Assembly (NCBI GenBank): GCA_020442475.1
Contig: JAGRKA010000007.1
Coordinates: 491-64,490, forward strand
Reading direction: 5' to 3'
Source of the DNA: Alphaproteobacteria bacterium
GTDB taxonomy: Bacteria > Pseudomonadota > Alphaproteobacteria > Micavibrionales > Micavibrionaceae
Length of the DNA: 64,000 nt
The position numbers and the translations under genes were made by a program. The notes beneath the pieces were generated by a model. The model was not told the DNA's origin. It searched no databases and saw nothing but the letters and a program-made list of their open reading frames with translations. Shown here in pieces: positions 27,842-37,353 of the stretch; positions within the stretch are counted from its first letter, which is position 1, and every line of letters begins with the position of its first letter.

Positions 27842-29491
27842 GTGATGGGGCCGGAGCTTTTCGATCAGATTCGGCACCGCTGGCGAAGCCCGGTTTTCGG
27901 GGGTGGGCTTTACAGCTGGAGCCTGCGTGCGCCTGCACCGGAGCGACTGGTCGTTAAACCTGTGGACCCGTGGCCGGGTAATATCCGGACAGGGGCCGCA
28001 CTGTGCGAAGGCGTCTTTATCAAGGGCGGTGACAGGCTGGAGCTTTACGGGCCGTGTTGGCAACCGCTTGGTATATCTCCTATATGGTTCGATCACCTGC
28101 ATGGTTTTTCATGGTTGCGGGATTTAAGGGCCTTCCACCAAAGCGGCGGCGGTGAGAAAGCCCGTAAACAGGCGCAAGCCTTGATCACAGATTGGGCGCA
28201 GCGCCATACGCGCTGGGATAAGGATATATGGCGCCCTGATCTTGCCGGGCAACGCGTCTCTATATGGATTGCCCTCTATGAGTTTTTCGGCGCGGCAGCG
28301 GATGAGTCTTTTCAGGATTTATTTTTTGAATCGCTCGGGCGGCAAGCTCTTCATTTGTCCCGCGCCCTGCCCGGTTCTTTGAGCGGAGAAGCTCTTTTAC
28401 AAGGTGCCAAGGGACTGCTTTATGCGGGGATGGCCTTCGAGGGCCGCGAAGCATGGATCGAACAGGCGCTTGATATTTTTTCGGAAGAAACCGACCGGCA
28501 GGTTCTGGGCGACGGGTGCCATGTTTCACGCTCTCCTTCACAGCTTTTGAACGTTTTACAGCTTTTTCTGGATGTGCGCTCAGCCCTGTCAGCGGGCGGG
28601 TATCCTCTGCCGGAGAAAATTCAGCACGCGATTGACCGTATGGGTCCGGCGCTGCGCTTCTTCCGCTATAATGACCGGCATTTCGGCGTCTTTAACGGCG
28701 CGCAGGAAGGTGATACGGCTCTGATCGACGCCGTTCTCGGCCAGACCGGGACAAAAAGCCGGATACTCGAAAGCTTGCCTTGCGCAGGCTATGAACGCGT
28801 TTCAATGGGCCGCACCTTTATTATGTTCGATGGCGGTGCGCCACCCGGCTACCCCTATGATGCGCACGCTCATGCTGCGCCTTTGTCTTTCGAGCTGTGC
28901 TACGGCAAAGAGCGGGTTTTCGTGAATTGCGGCTCGCATCCCGTATCGCCCGAATGGGTAGACGCCTTACGGGCGACAGCAGCACATAATGCGCTTAGTA
29001 TGGATTACCGGAACACGGCTGAAATTCGTGCAGACGGGCATTTTGGCCGCAGACCGCGTAATGTCCTGATCTGCCGTGAGAATGCAAAACAAGCTTGCCT
29101 GATTGAGGCCTCTCATGACGGCTATGTTCCTCTGAACGGGATGACGCACCGCCGCCGCCTGTACGTATCGGATCAGGGGCAGGACATACGGGGTGAAGAA
29201 CTGCTGAGCGCAGAGATCGATCCGCCTGCGCCTCACGATATTGCCGTACGTTTTCACCTTCACCCCCGCGTGCTCGTATCGCTCATATGCGACGGGCAAG
29301 AGGCACTCTTACGCTTGCCGGGCGGCTCCGGCTGGCGGTTTCGCCATGGCGGCGGGCATCTCGCGCTGGAGGACAGCCTTTATCTTGGGCAGGGATGCAC
29401 TCCCCGCAAAACAAAACAACTTGTTATTTACGCGCAGGCCGTTAGCAGCCGGTCCGTCATCAAATGGGCTCTCCGCAGGGAGGGCGCATAG
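27842..29491 (+). CDS. Heparinase II/III family protein
   Basis: DGCHVSRSPSQ resembles the DGxHxERSPxY motif. It lies immediately after rpe, as commonly seen in alphaproteobacteria. GTG start at 27842. Confidence 0.6.
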   Translation: MMGPELFDQIRHRWRSPVFGGGLYSWSLRAPAPERLVVKPVDPWPGNIRTGAALCEGVFIKGGDRLELYGPCWQPLGISPIWFDHLHGFSWLRDLRAFHQSGGGEKARKQAQALITDWAQRHTRWDKDIWRPDLAGQRVSIWIALYEFFGAAADESFQDLFFESLGRQALHLSRALPGSLSGEALLQGAKGLLYAGMAFEGREAWIEQALDIFSEETDRQVLGDGCHVSRSPSQLLNVLQLFLDVRSALSAGGYPLPEKIQHAIDRMGPALRFFRYNDRHFGVFNGAQEGDTALIDAVLGQTGTKSRILESLPCAGYERVSMGRTFIMFDGGAPPGYPYDAHAHAAPLSFELCYGKERVFVNCGSHPVSPEWVDALRATAAHNALSMDYRNTAEIRADGHFGRRPRNVLICRENAKQACLIEASHDGYVPLNGMTHRRRLYVSDQGQDIRGEELLSAEIDPPAPHDIAVRFHLHPRVLVSLICDGQEALLRLPGGSGWRFRHGGGHLALEDSLYLGQGCTPRKTKQLVIYAQAVSSRSVIKWALRREGA

Positions 29492-29573
29492 CTAAAACAA
29501 AACCGGGACGTTTCTTAAAAGATTCCGGAAGGGTATTAAAAGTTTTAAAACAGGGATAGAAAGATCAGGGACG

Positions 29574-30449
29574 ATGTCCGAAACGGATGTTGAACTGCTC
29601 AGACGAATCGAGCGCTTAATCGCCGAATTCAAGGGACTCGTGGACGATGCCGTCGGCACGCCTGCCGAGGCCGCGCTGACCTACGGGCTGCGGTCGCTTG
29701 CCGCGCTGGCCAATATGATCATGCTCGATATGGATATCTTTTGCGTCGAGCCGTGGCATGCGCTCAGGCGCGATGTCCCGCTACCTGTTCCGGGAGAAAT
29801 GCTGCTGCGCCTGAAAGACTATAAGGGCCGCCCGCTTACGCCCTACTCGGCAATCATGGCTTTTTACGAGCACGGCTATACCGCGCAGATCGATACGATC
29901 CTGTTCCTTGCCGCGATGAACCAACTCGCAAAAAGTGAAGAAAAGCAGGTCTCGATTAACGTGTCTTCGCGCTCCTTGCGGGACCCGGATTTCGTCCGTA
30001 CGGCTCTGGACCGCGTCGAGCAAATGGGTCCCGATACGGGACGGCGGATTATCATTGAAATCCATGAAAGCTCTCCGACCGTTTCCATGGTCAAACGCGT
30101 TTTAGAGCTTTTTCACGATGCGGGCATATCCTTTGCGCTCGATGATGTCGGCCTATCTATGGACGATGTCATCCGCCTTTCAGAGTTTGGAGGTGTCGCA
30201 GATTACGTGAAGATCGATCGCAATACGGTCTGTGCGGAACCGGGTACGCCGGGTGGACTTGAGGAGGTCATGGACTTCATCCGCTCCGCCCTGCCCGGTA
30301 CGGCTGTTGTTGCGGAAGGCGTACGTACGGCGGGGCATGCGCTTGAAATTCACAGGAATTTCCCGGAAATCGCATATGTACAAGGTATGCACCTGCCCGA
30401 TCGCGGCCATTTCAAAGCCATGTGGGAGGAAGCGGCTGCAGGGAGATAA
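29574..30449 (+). CDS. EAL-domain protein (stand-alone, divergent)
   Basis: EMLLRL (EAL motif variant), INVSSRSL, IIIEIHES, FALDDVG (DDFG variant), VKIDRNTV and VAEGVRT (EGVE variant). Confidence 0.65.
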   Translation: MSETDVELLRRIERLIAEFKGLVDDAVGTPAEAALTYGLRSLAALANMIMLDMDIFCVEPWHALRRDVPLPVPGEMLLRLKDYKGRPLTPYSAIMAFYEHGYTAQIDTILFLAAMNQLAKSEEKQVSINVSSRSLRDPDFVRTALDRVEQMGPDTGRRIIIEIHESSPTVSMVKRVLELFHDAGISFALDDVGLSMDDVIRLSEFGGVADYVKIDRNTVCAEPGTPGGLEEVMDFIRSALPGTAVVAEGVRTAGHALEIHRNFPEIAYVQGMHLPDRGHFKAMWEEAAAGR

Positions 30450-30460
30450 GGCACGAACCT

Positions 30461-31213
30461 CTACGGTTCTTTGTCTTTCCGGTCGTCCTCTTCCAGTTCA
30501 AGCAGGCTCAGCGCGTCCCCGGTGGCTTTATCGTCGATATCCAGCACGATTTCTTTTTTCGAAGAGCGCGCCTCCGCAGATTTAAGGCGCGTGCTTTCTC
30601 CCGTCTGTAACTCAAGAATACGGGCGGTCTCCAGCATCTTTTTGACCATCTCGTCCAGCTTGGCAGGTGTCTCCAGCGGATCCGGCATATCAAGGCGCAA
30701 AAGCGTCATATCACTCCTGAAAACGAAGATCATCCATGCGTTTTTCAAATTCATCAGACCGGTAAGCGCCTTCAGGCGCTCATCCGTCAGATATTCCGCA
30801 AGAACAAACCGGTTATCCGCCGCAGCGATCCATTCCTTATTCCAGTCCTTATAGGCGGGGTGATGTTCCTCCCGCAGGCTCAAATCTTTCGCGATACCGA
30901 TCATACCACCGCTGGCGACCACGCCGGAAACGGGCATTTTGCTCGTCAGCATGACTTCGATCGCGGAGAGTTTGCGCGTAGAGCGGCTATCGGGTGTATC
31001 GTGCTCGCTGGGGAAGATGCTGACCGTAAAATCGCCGATCACGCCACTCAGCTCGGGCGTATCCATGAATTTCCGGCTCGTATAGCGGAGCTTGTAGCGC
31101 TGCGCGAAGCTTTTCCACGCATGTTTCTGGCGCAGCAAGATCCGCAGCGTCCAGATCATAAACCCGATCAACGCAACGGACAGCAACAGCCAGACAATCA
31201 GCCAAATAGACAA
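30461..31213 (-). CDS. Hypothetical membrane-anchored protein
   Basis: N-terminal TM segment IWLIVWLLLSVALIGFMIW and an acidic C-terminus. No family recognised. Confidence 0.5.
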   Translation of the reverse strand: MSIWLIVWLLLSVALIGFMIWTLRILLRQKHAWKSFAQRYKLRYTSRKFMDTPELSGVIGDFTVSIFPSEHDTPDSRSTRKLSAIEVMLTSKMPVSGVVASGGMIGIAKDLSLREEHHPAYKDWNKEWIAAADNRFVLAEYLTDERLKALTGLMNLKNAWMIFVFRSDMTLLRLDMPDPLETPAKLDEMVKKMLETARILELQTGESTRLKSAEARSSKKEIVLDIDDKATGDALSLLELEEDDRKDKEP

Positions 31214-31335
31214 AGACAGGCCCTCCCCTCACAACCCGCACAAAATGCGAAAGACTTTACTCTTCTATTCATTCTAACGACTTACGTCCCATTTCGCCAG
31301 CCCCGGAATACGTTCCCTTCCCAGAGAAAGTTAAC

Positions 31336-31351
31336 AATATCTTAAGATATT
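31336..31351. promoter_or_regulatory. Perfect 16-bp palindrome upstream of the 830-aa ORF (candidate operator)
   Basis: AATATCTTAAGATATT lies 82 nt upstream of the TTG start at 31433, in an AT-rich spacer. Confidence 0.3.
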
Positions 31352-31432
31352 CTGCGTATTGTATATGGAAAGATAAAAAATACCTCGAAGTGGGGAGCTT
31401 GCGTGAAAGGCATTTTGTAGAGGGATTATATA

Positions 31433-33925
31433 TTGGCGGCACCTCATACATCTCCGGATAATATACGGTTGGAAAATCACGATTTCAGGTCCAACCTGAA
31501 TTTTTTGGTTGAAGCACGACAATATGTTGCGAACCAAGCGCCACCGGCTGGCTACCAACAAATGGTCCATTCCGATGCCGGGCCGGTCGGTGATCCAAAA
31601 AATCCCGCAATTGTAGATGCATCTTATCCTCATTTTAATAGGCATCTGTTATCTGTGTCTGTTCCGAATTTTGTAGAACTACAAAACCCGGTTTGGGACC
31701 AAAAAATCAACGGGTTTACAGACCATCATGGTTTTAACGCTCCCAATCTGATGCAAAGTGTGAAAGATATCATGCGGCATCAAGGGATTGAGGTCTTAGG
31801 GGGTAATTCAAAAGTTGGCATAGACCGGGTTTCAGATACAAAATACATCGAATTTACTGTTCCCAAAGAAGACTACGCGTATGGCCGTCAAATTATAAAG
31901 GCGATGTTGTATGAAGGCATTGACGATTCTGCCCAGCTAGCGCAACGGATCAAAAGCATCCCGGTTCCGGAACATATTACACAGAGACAAATCCAGAAAA
32001 CACTTGAAGGCGAAAAGACAAAGGGTTTTGTCGATGAGGGCACGGGCAAAAAGCATTTTTTGAATACGGAAACGGGCCGCCTTGTGACCGTTGGGCCCGA
32101 TGGAACGCAATCTCTTCATACATATGATACGCCTGACCAAGGCAAGGCTGCTTTTGGCCAGTTGCTCGATGACGCCGGTAAAATGACAGGGAAAATGCCC
32201 CGGATCGCAGAAGGTGGCGCAGAGGCCTTAACAAAAGCCATTGAGCGCTCCGGAACTTTCATCGGAAAACTTGAAAATGTCGGAGGTGATGCTCTCCGAT
32301 TTCTGCGGAACTCTTCAAGAATCCTTGGTCCCCTTGGGATTGTAGGCGCAGGTCTCGAAATTTCAGAGCTTCGTGAAAAAATAACGGAAGCTGTTGATCT
32401 TGGCTTGATATCGGAGGCAGCAGCAGAATCTTACGACAATATTTTAGCGGGACATCTGACACAGGCGACAGTGGATCCAAGCGCGCTCGGTGGAGAAGGG
32501 GCGGTACAAGCGGCATATAAAGAGTGGACGAGAGAACACGACGTTCCACCTTATTTGCGAGAAGAGCTTCGGCCCGATTCTGTCGTTCAGGATGTTCTGA
32601 ATTTTTTCAGTGGTGATCCAACAACACACACAACCGTTCCCAGAGAACATCAAACTATAGACTGGATCCCTCAACATCAGGCCGTTTTAGAGGCTTTCGG
32701 CCCCAAGGCGGACGGGCGGGGAACGGAAGGCTTTCGCAGCCAGCTCACCGACAAACAGGCGGAATTTCTGGAAGGGGTCGGGAATCCAAATATTATGGCC
32801 TCCGAGCGCAGCACCCATATCGATAAATTTCTGGGCAGCCTGACGGAGCCTCAAAAATCCATGCTGGAGGCTATAGCGCCCTCGCAGGCGCAAGCCGCTC
32901 CAGCCGCTTCCCTTGATACTGAGCCTCTTCTGCAACCGGAAGCCGTTGAAAATGCAGCAGCAACTCCGGTTACACCGCCTGTAAAACCTGCTGCGCCGGT
33001 GCAGCCTTCCGGCGGGATCGGAAGAAAAGCTGTTGAAGTTGAAATTCGCCCTGAAACGGTTTTGGGACAAGAACCCTTGAAGGACACGGCGGGTGAAGTG
33101 ATCGCGCTGGAGGGTGTTGATAAAAACAAAGTCTCCCTGAGAGCGACGGCGGACCCGTCCGAGGTCGTGATGTCCGTGGGCGGGGAAGAGCGGACCGTGA
33201 AGAAAAACGATCTCGGGATCAACGATATGGAGGCGCTGCAAACGCTTTCTAAAGAAAGCGCTGATTTAAAAGCTTTGAAGCAGCTTGACGCCGAAACAAG
33301 ACAGGCGGCGCCTGCGGCTCCCGTAAATACCGCACCGGCTAATACCGCGTCTGCAAGCGTCGCAGCGACACTGATGAACGGTTCCGGCAACCAGATTTCA
33401 ATGCGTGGGGATAAGGTTGCGCAGCTACAGACCTTGCTTGCGCAGGACCCGGAATTGGCCAAGGCCATGACATACGAAAAAGATGGGCAGGCTGTCGTTG
33501 TTGACAGCCTCGCCGGCGCCCGCACGCGCGGCGCGGTTGAAGCTTATGCGGCAAAAAACGATCTGGACCTGAACACGATGAGTGTTGATGATCTAATCGC
33601 GCATGCCCAAAACAATGCGGCGCTCAAGGTCAGCGTTAGTGCGGATGCGAAAGTCGCTGCCGTAGAGGCCTCGGAAAAAGCTCCGGCCAGTGACGGCACA
33701 CCGGTATGGGCAGAAAAAATCGAACCGGGAAGCGTTGACGGTACTGCACCGGTTGCGGGTGCGGAGCATTACGCTGCTGCGGCTACTCGGGAAAAAATCA
33801 CCAGCAACTTTAATACCGAATCCTCACCGGTGCCGAAAACACCGGAACCTGTCCCGGGTCAGAGATGGGATGCAGGTATGACTCCGCTGGAACGGACGCT
33901 TGCAGCGAATAATACGTTCGGCTAG
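31433..33925 (+). CDS. Large hypothetical protein (830 aa) with Pro/Ala-rich linkers and a peptidoglycan-binding-like C-terminal segment
   Basis: TTG start preceded by AGAGGGA. The 5' third is AT-rich. It has P/A-rich linkers (APSQAQAAPAAS...TPPVKPAAPVQP; AAPAAPVNTAPANTA). The segment GDKVAQLQTLLAQDPELAKAMTYEKDGQAVVVDSLAGARTRGAVEAYAAKNDL (about 33401-33570) resembles the PG_binding_1 pattern. Confidence 0.55.
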   Translation: MAAPHTSPDNIRLENHDFRSNLNFLVEARQYVANQAPPAGYQQMVHSDAGPVGDPKNPAIVDASYPHFNRHLLSVSVPNFVELQNPVWDQKINGFTDHHGFNAPNLMQSVKDIMRHQGIEVLGGNSKVGIDRVSDTKYIEFTVPKEDYAYGRQIIKAMLYEGIDDSAQLAQRIKSIPVPEHITQRQIQKTLEGEKTKGFVDEGTGKKHFLNTETGRLVTVGPDGTQSLHTYDTPDQGKAAFGQLLDDAGKMTGKMPRIAEGGAEALTKAIERSGTFIGKLENVGGDALRFLRNSSRILGPLGIVGAGLEISELREKITEAVDLGLISEAAAESYDNILAGHLTQATVDPSALGGEGAVQAAYKEWTREHDVPPYLREELRPDSVVQDVLNFFSGDPTTHTTVPREHQTIDWIPQHQAVLEAFGPKADGRGTEGFRSQLTDKQAEFLEGVGNPNIMASERSTHIDKFLGSLTEPQKSMLEAIAPSQAQAAPAASLDTEPLLQPEAVENAAATPVTPPVKPAAPVQPSGGIGRKAVEVEIRPETVLGQEPLKDTAGEVIALEGVDKNKVSLRATADPSEVVMSVGGEERTVKKNDLGINDMEALQTLSKESADLKALKQLDAETRQAAPAAPVNTAPANTASASVAATLMNGSGNQISMRGDKVAQLQTLLAQDPELAKAMTYEKDGQAVVVDSLAGARTRGAVEAYAAKNDLDLNTMSVDDLIAHAQNNAALKVSVSADAKVAAVEASEKAPASDGTPVWAEKIEPGSVDGTAPVAGAEHYAAAATREKITSNFNTESSPVPKTPEPVPGQRWDAGMTPLERTLAANNTFG

Positions 33926-33951
33926 GGCCAAAAAGAACAGTGTAACCAGCT

Positions 33952-34521
33952 CTATGCGTCTTTTTTGTGATAACGGTCGAGGACTTTTTCCAAATCCTCT
34001 AGAAGCGGACCGACTTCGTTGCGAAAGGCCTCACGGCGGCTCTCATCAATACTCATATCGGCGCGCTCGACAACGCCTGCAATCCGGTCCTGAAATTCCG
34101 AAAGGTTTCTATAGTGCTGAATCTGGCCGTGCGTCGTTTCCTTGAGCCGCGCAATCAACAAATTGATCAAAGCCCGGATCGCCTTATCCTCCACGCGTTT
34201 AATCCGGCTTTCCAGCTCATCACGTGCAATAACCGTTACGGTCACATCGCTCAGCGCTTTTACGGTTGCCGTGCGCGGCGCACGGCTGATCAGGGCCATT
34301 TCCCCAAAAATATCGCCGGGGCCAAGTTCTGAAATTTTCAGGGAGATCCCATCTTCTTCGACTCTGACCTCAACGCGGCCATCCTCAATATAATAGGCAC
34401 GGAAAGCGCTATCGCCCTGCCGGATAATTGTCGTGTCCTTGTAAAAAACCTCACGGCTCAAGATACGGGATTTTTCACCTTGCGGGCGTTTCGCATTCCT
34501 TGGGTCAAGTGCGTCATCCAT
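33952..34521 (-). CDS. Cyclic nucleotide-binding domain protein
   Basis: IIRQGDSAFRAYYIEDGRVEVRV...LGPGDIFGEMALISRAPRTATVKAL is a classic cNMP-binding beta-barrel with the phosphate-binding cassette. Confidence 0.8.
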   Translation of the reverse strand: MDDALDPRNAKRPQGEKSRILSREVFYKDTTIIRQGDSAFRAYYIEDGRVEVRVEEDGISLKISELGPGDIFGEMALISRAPRTATVKALSDVTVTVIARDELESRIKRVEDKAIRALINLLIARLKETTHGQIQHYRNLSEFQDRIAGVVERADMSIDESRREAFRNEVGPLLEDLEKVLDRYHKKDA

Positions 34522-34710
34522 GATTTTATTATGCCTGAAGAAGGTAAAAAAGACTATAAGCCGGAAGCGTACAAAAATGATTTTCCTCTTTCTTTTTACG
34601 GTTTTTTACTGTAGAAAGGCTCCATTCCCTGACAGTATGGTTCGAATGCAGCGCCCAAGGCGTCCCGAACCTGTGTCCGGGACCGTATAAAAGACAAAAG
34701 GACAAGAGCA

Positions 34711-34908
34711 ATGGGTAAGATCAGCCCCGCAACCTATATCCGTCAGGTGCGTGCGGAAGTCAGGAAAGTGACGTGGCCCTCCCGCAAGGAAACAACGGTC
34801 AGCACGATCGCGGTGTTTATCATGGTCTTTTTCGCCTCTTTGTTCCTGTATCTGGGCGATCAGATTATCGCCTTTCTGGTCAGGCTGATCATGGGATTTG
34901 GCCTTTAA
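34711..34908 (+). CDS. secE: Preprotein translocase subunit SecE
   Basis: YIRQVRAEVRKVTWPSRKETTVSTIAVFIMVFF. Position immediately upstream of nusG. Confidence 0.92.
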   Translation: MGKISPATYIRQVRAEVRKVTWPSRKETTVSTIAVFIMVFFASLFLYLGDQIIAFLVRLIMGFGL

Positions 34909-34955
34909 CCGCGGTTTCAATTTTAAAGTAAGCACGTAAAGAGAAAGAAAAATTC

Positions 34956-35489
34956 ATGGCTGCAAAATGGTACGTCCTGCATGTTTATTCCGGCTTTGAG
35001 AACAAAGTGGCCGAAGCGATCCGCGAAAAAGCGCGCAAGCAGGGCTTGAGCGAACATGTTGAAGAAATTCTGGTTCCCACGGAAGAAGTCGTCGCCGTAA
35101 AACGCGGCCAGCGCGTGAATGCGGAGCGTAAGTTTTTCCCCGGCTATGTGCTGGCAAAGCTCGATCTGGACGACAATGTTTGGCACATGATCAAAGACAC
35201 ACCCAAAGTCAGCGGTTTCCTGGGCTCCGGCGGTAACAAGCCTGTGCCGATTTCCGAAACCGAAGCCCGGCGGATTATCCAGCAGGTTCAAGAAGGGATC
35301 GAGCGCCCACGCCCGTCCGTCATTTACGATATCGGCGAAGAAGTCAAGGTTACGGACGGTCCGTTTGCCTCCTTCAACGGCGTTGTCGAAGAAATCGACG
35401 AAGAAAAGGCGAAGCTCAAAGTCTCCGTATCCATCTTTGGGCGGGCAACACCCGTGGAGCTGGAATACGGGCAGGTTGAGAAGATTTAG
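34956..35489 (+). CDS. nusG: Transcription termination/antitermination factor NusG
   Basis: KWYVLHVYSGFENKV, ...KFFPGYVLAKLDL, and the KOW motif GEEVKVTDGPFASFNGVVEEID. Confidence 0.96.
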   Translation: MAAKWYVLHVYSGFENKVAEAIREKARKQGLSEHVEEILVPTEEVVAVKRGQRVNAERKFFPGYVLAKLDLDDNVWHMIKDTPKVSGFLGSGGNKPVPISETEARRIIQQVQEGIERPRPSVIYDIGEEVKVTDGPFASFNGVVEEIDEEKAKLKVSVSIFGRATPVELEYGQVEKI

Positions 35490-36325
35490 CCTGCATGTCG
35501 CGCAGCGATCCCGATATACTCCTCGATACGGAGCTCTTCGGCGCGTTTTGACGGGTCGATAGCAAGAGCCTCCAGCGCGGCGGCATAATTTTTCAGGGAA
35601 GAGCGGATCATCTTGCGGCGCTGGCCGAAGGCGGCTTCGGTCAGTTTCTCAATGGATTCAAAAGACGGGGCATTCGGCTCCGGCGCTTTGGGAACAAGCC
35701 GGACAACGCTGGAGGCGACTTTCGGCGGCGGGGTAAAGGCCGAGGGAGGAAGATCGAAGAGTTTTTTCGTCTCGCACAGCCAGTTTGACAGGATCGCAAG
35801 CCGTCCATAGGCTTTCATCCCTTGCGGGGCGGTGATGCGCTGGGCGACCTCTTTCTGGAACATCAGGACCATGGCATTGTAGGCGCCGTGATCTTCCCGA
35901 ATTTGCCGCAGCCAGCCAATCAGGAGCGGCGTGGCGATATTATAGGGTAAATTCGCCGCAATCAGGCGCGGAGCCGGGACCAGTGCGGTCAAATCCGTTT
36001 CCAGCGCATCGGCCTGTACGATCTCCAGCCGTCCGTTAGCTGCCTTTTTCAGGGTTTGCAGGGCACTGACTGCGCGCGGATCGAACTCGATCGCCGTTAC
36101 GGATTTTGCACCGGCCTTAAGAAGGCTACGCGTCAGACCGCCGGGACCGGGGCCGATTTCGATGACGTTTACAGCAGATAAATCGCCGCACTGGCGGGCG
36201 ATTTTGTCCGTGATATTTGAATCGAGCAGAAAATTCTGCCCCAGTGCCTTTTCGGCGCGCAGGCCTGCGGTTGCGATCACGTCACGCAACGGGGGAAGAT
36301 CGTCAAGATCTGGCACGATTTTCAA
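35486..36325 (-). CDS. rsmA: 16S rRNA (adenine1518/1519-N6)-dimethyltransferase
   Basis: LGQNFLLDSNI, VIEIGPGPGGLT and ANLPYNIATP. Confidence 0.94.
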   Translation of the reverse strand: MKIVPDLDDLPPLRDVIATAGLRAEKALGQNFLLDSNITDKIARQCGDLSAVNVIEIGPGPGGLTRSLLKAGAKSVTAIEFDPRAVSALQTLKKAANGRLEIVQADALETDLTALVPAPRLIAANLPYNIATPLLIGWLRQIREDHGAYNAMVLMFQKEVAQRITAPQGMKAYGRLAILSNWLCETKKLFDLPPSAFTPPPKVASSVVRLVPKAPEPNAPSFESIEKLTEAAFGQRRKMIRSSLKNYAAALEALAIDPSKRAEELRIEEYIGIAARHAG

Positions 36326-37259
36326 TAAAAGCCTGTGATTTGAGGTCCATCATATAGCGCCGCTGCATCCGCTCCAGCCGTTTGATCCCCAGATCGTTGA
36401 AAATCTCTTCGCGGGGCGGGATCGTATCTTCGGAGATCAACCTTTTATCGCGGACGTACAAAATGTGATAGCCGGACAGGGAGCGTACGGGCGCGCTTAC
36501 CTCGTTTTTGCTCAGTGTCTGGAGCGTGGCGTCCAGCTCGTCAGGGAGCTGGCCCTGCTGGATCCAACCCATGTCACCGCCTCTGGCCGCTCCGGCGGCT
36601 TTGGAGAATTGCTGGGCGACCCGGAAGAAGGGCGCTTTCCCGCTTTTGATCTGGCCTGCGAGGCGGTCTGCCAGTTGTCGTGCGTCGCCCTCTTCTTTCG
36701 GGTCGTCCACGGGCAGGAAAATCTCGGCCAGCAGGAATTCGCTTTTGCCCTTATCGCGGTGGAGCCGCTCGATCACATCGTCAACGTCTTTTTCGGAGAT
36801 AATCAGTTGCGGGCGTAATTTTTGCTGGATGACTTTCGACCAGCTGATTTGCGATTCGATCTGGTTTTCCATCGTGGCGGTGTTGATCCCGCTATTTTGG
36901 AGCATGGATTTGAATTTGGCCGGCTCGACGTTATTCTGGGCGGCGATGGTCGCGAAACCCTGATTGATTTCTTCCTGAGAGACGCTGATATCCAACCGCC
37001 GCGCCTCTTGCAGCATGATTTGCTCGTCGATTAGAGAGGCCACGACCTGCGGGACGAGCTTAAGGCGCGTATCCTGATTGTCGGGCAGACCCGAAGAGAC
37101 GATCACCAGCTTGAGCCGGTCGTTCAGGTCGGAATCGGTGATAGCGTCTTCATTGACGACCACGGCGATTCCCTCGCTGCGGGCCTGCGCCGTGTGCGGC
37201 AAACTGCCTGCCGCAAAAACGGCCAGACAAAAGAAACTGTAGAGAAGGAACCGTGTCAT
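36303..37259 (-). CDS. SurA-like periplasmic peptidyl-prolyl isomerase/chaperone
   Basis: Signal peptide, a SurA N-domain-like region and a parvulin segment GGDMGWIQQGQLPDELD...SGYHILYVRDKR. It overlaps the rsmA start by 23 nt. Confidence 0.8.
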   Translation of the reverse strand: MTRFLLYSFFCLAVFAAGSLPHTAQARSEGIAVVVNEDAITDSDLNDRLKLVIVSSGLPDNQDTRLKLVPQVVASLIDEQIMLQEARRLDISVSQEEINQGFATIAAQNNVEPAKFKSMLQNSGINTATMENQIESQISWSKVIQQKLRPQLIISEKDVDDVIERLHRDKGKSEFLLAEIFLPVDDPKEEGDARQLADRLAGQIKSGKAPFFRVAQQFSKAAGAARGGDMGWIQQGQLPDELDATLQTLSKNEVSAPVRSLSGYHILYVRDKRLISEDTIPPREEIFNDLGIKRLERMQRRYMMDLKSQAFIENRARS

Positions 37260-37353
37260 CGCTTTATGCTCCGATCGTAATATCGTCCGGTTGTTATCGT
37301 AAGAGACTCCTTATATAGCCGCTTGCGCGTCCAAGAGCAAATCACGAAGCATG

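Noticed and set aside
34522-34710. Searched for the tRNA-Trp (or rpmG) that usually precedes secE
   Set aside because: There is no cloverleaf. GGTTCGAATG at 34639 resembles a T-arm, but no acceptor or anticodon stems can be built around it.
35486-35489. Convergent stop-codon overlaps (nusG/rsmA 4 nt; methyltransferase/rsmB at 15786-15792; rho/EAL at 53478-53484; sdhA/orphan 5-nt gap)
   Set aside because: These are real but ordinary features of compact genomes. Nothing in the sequence indicates special antisense regulation.
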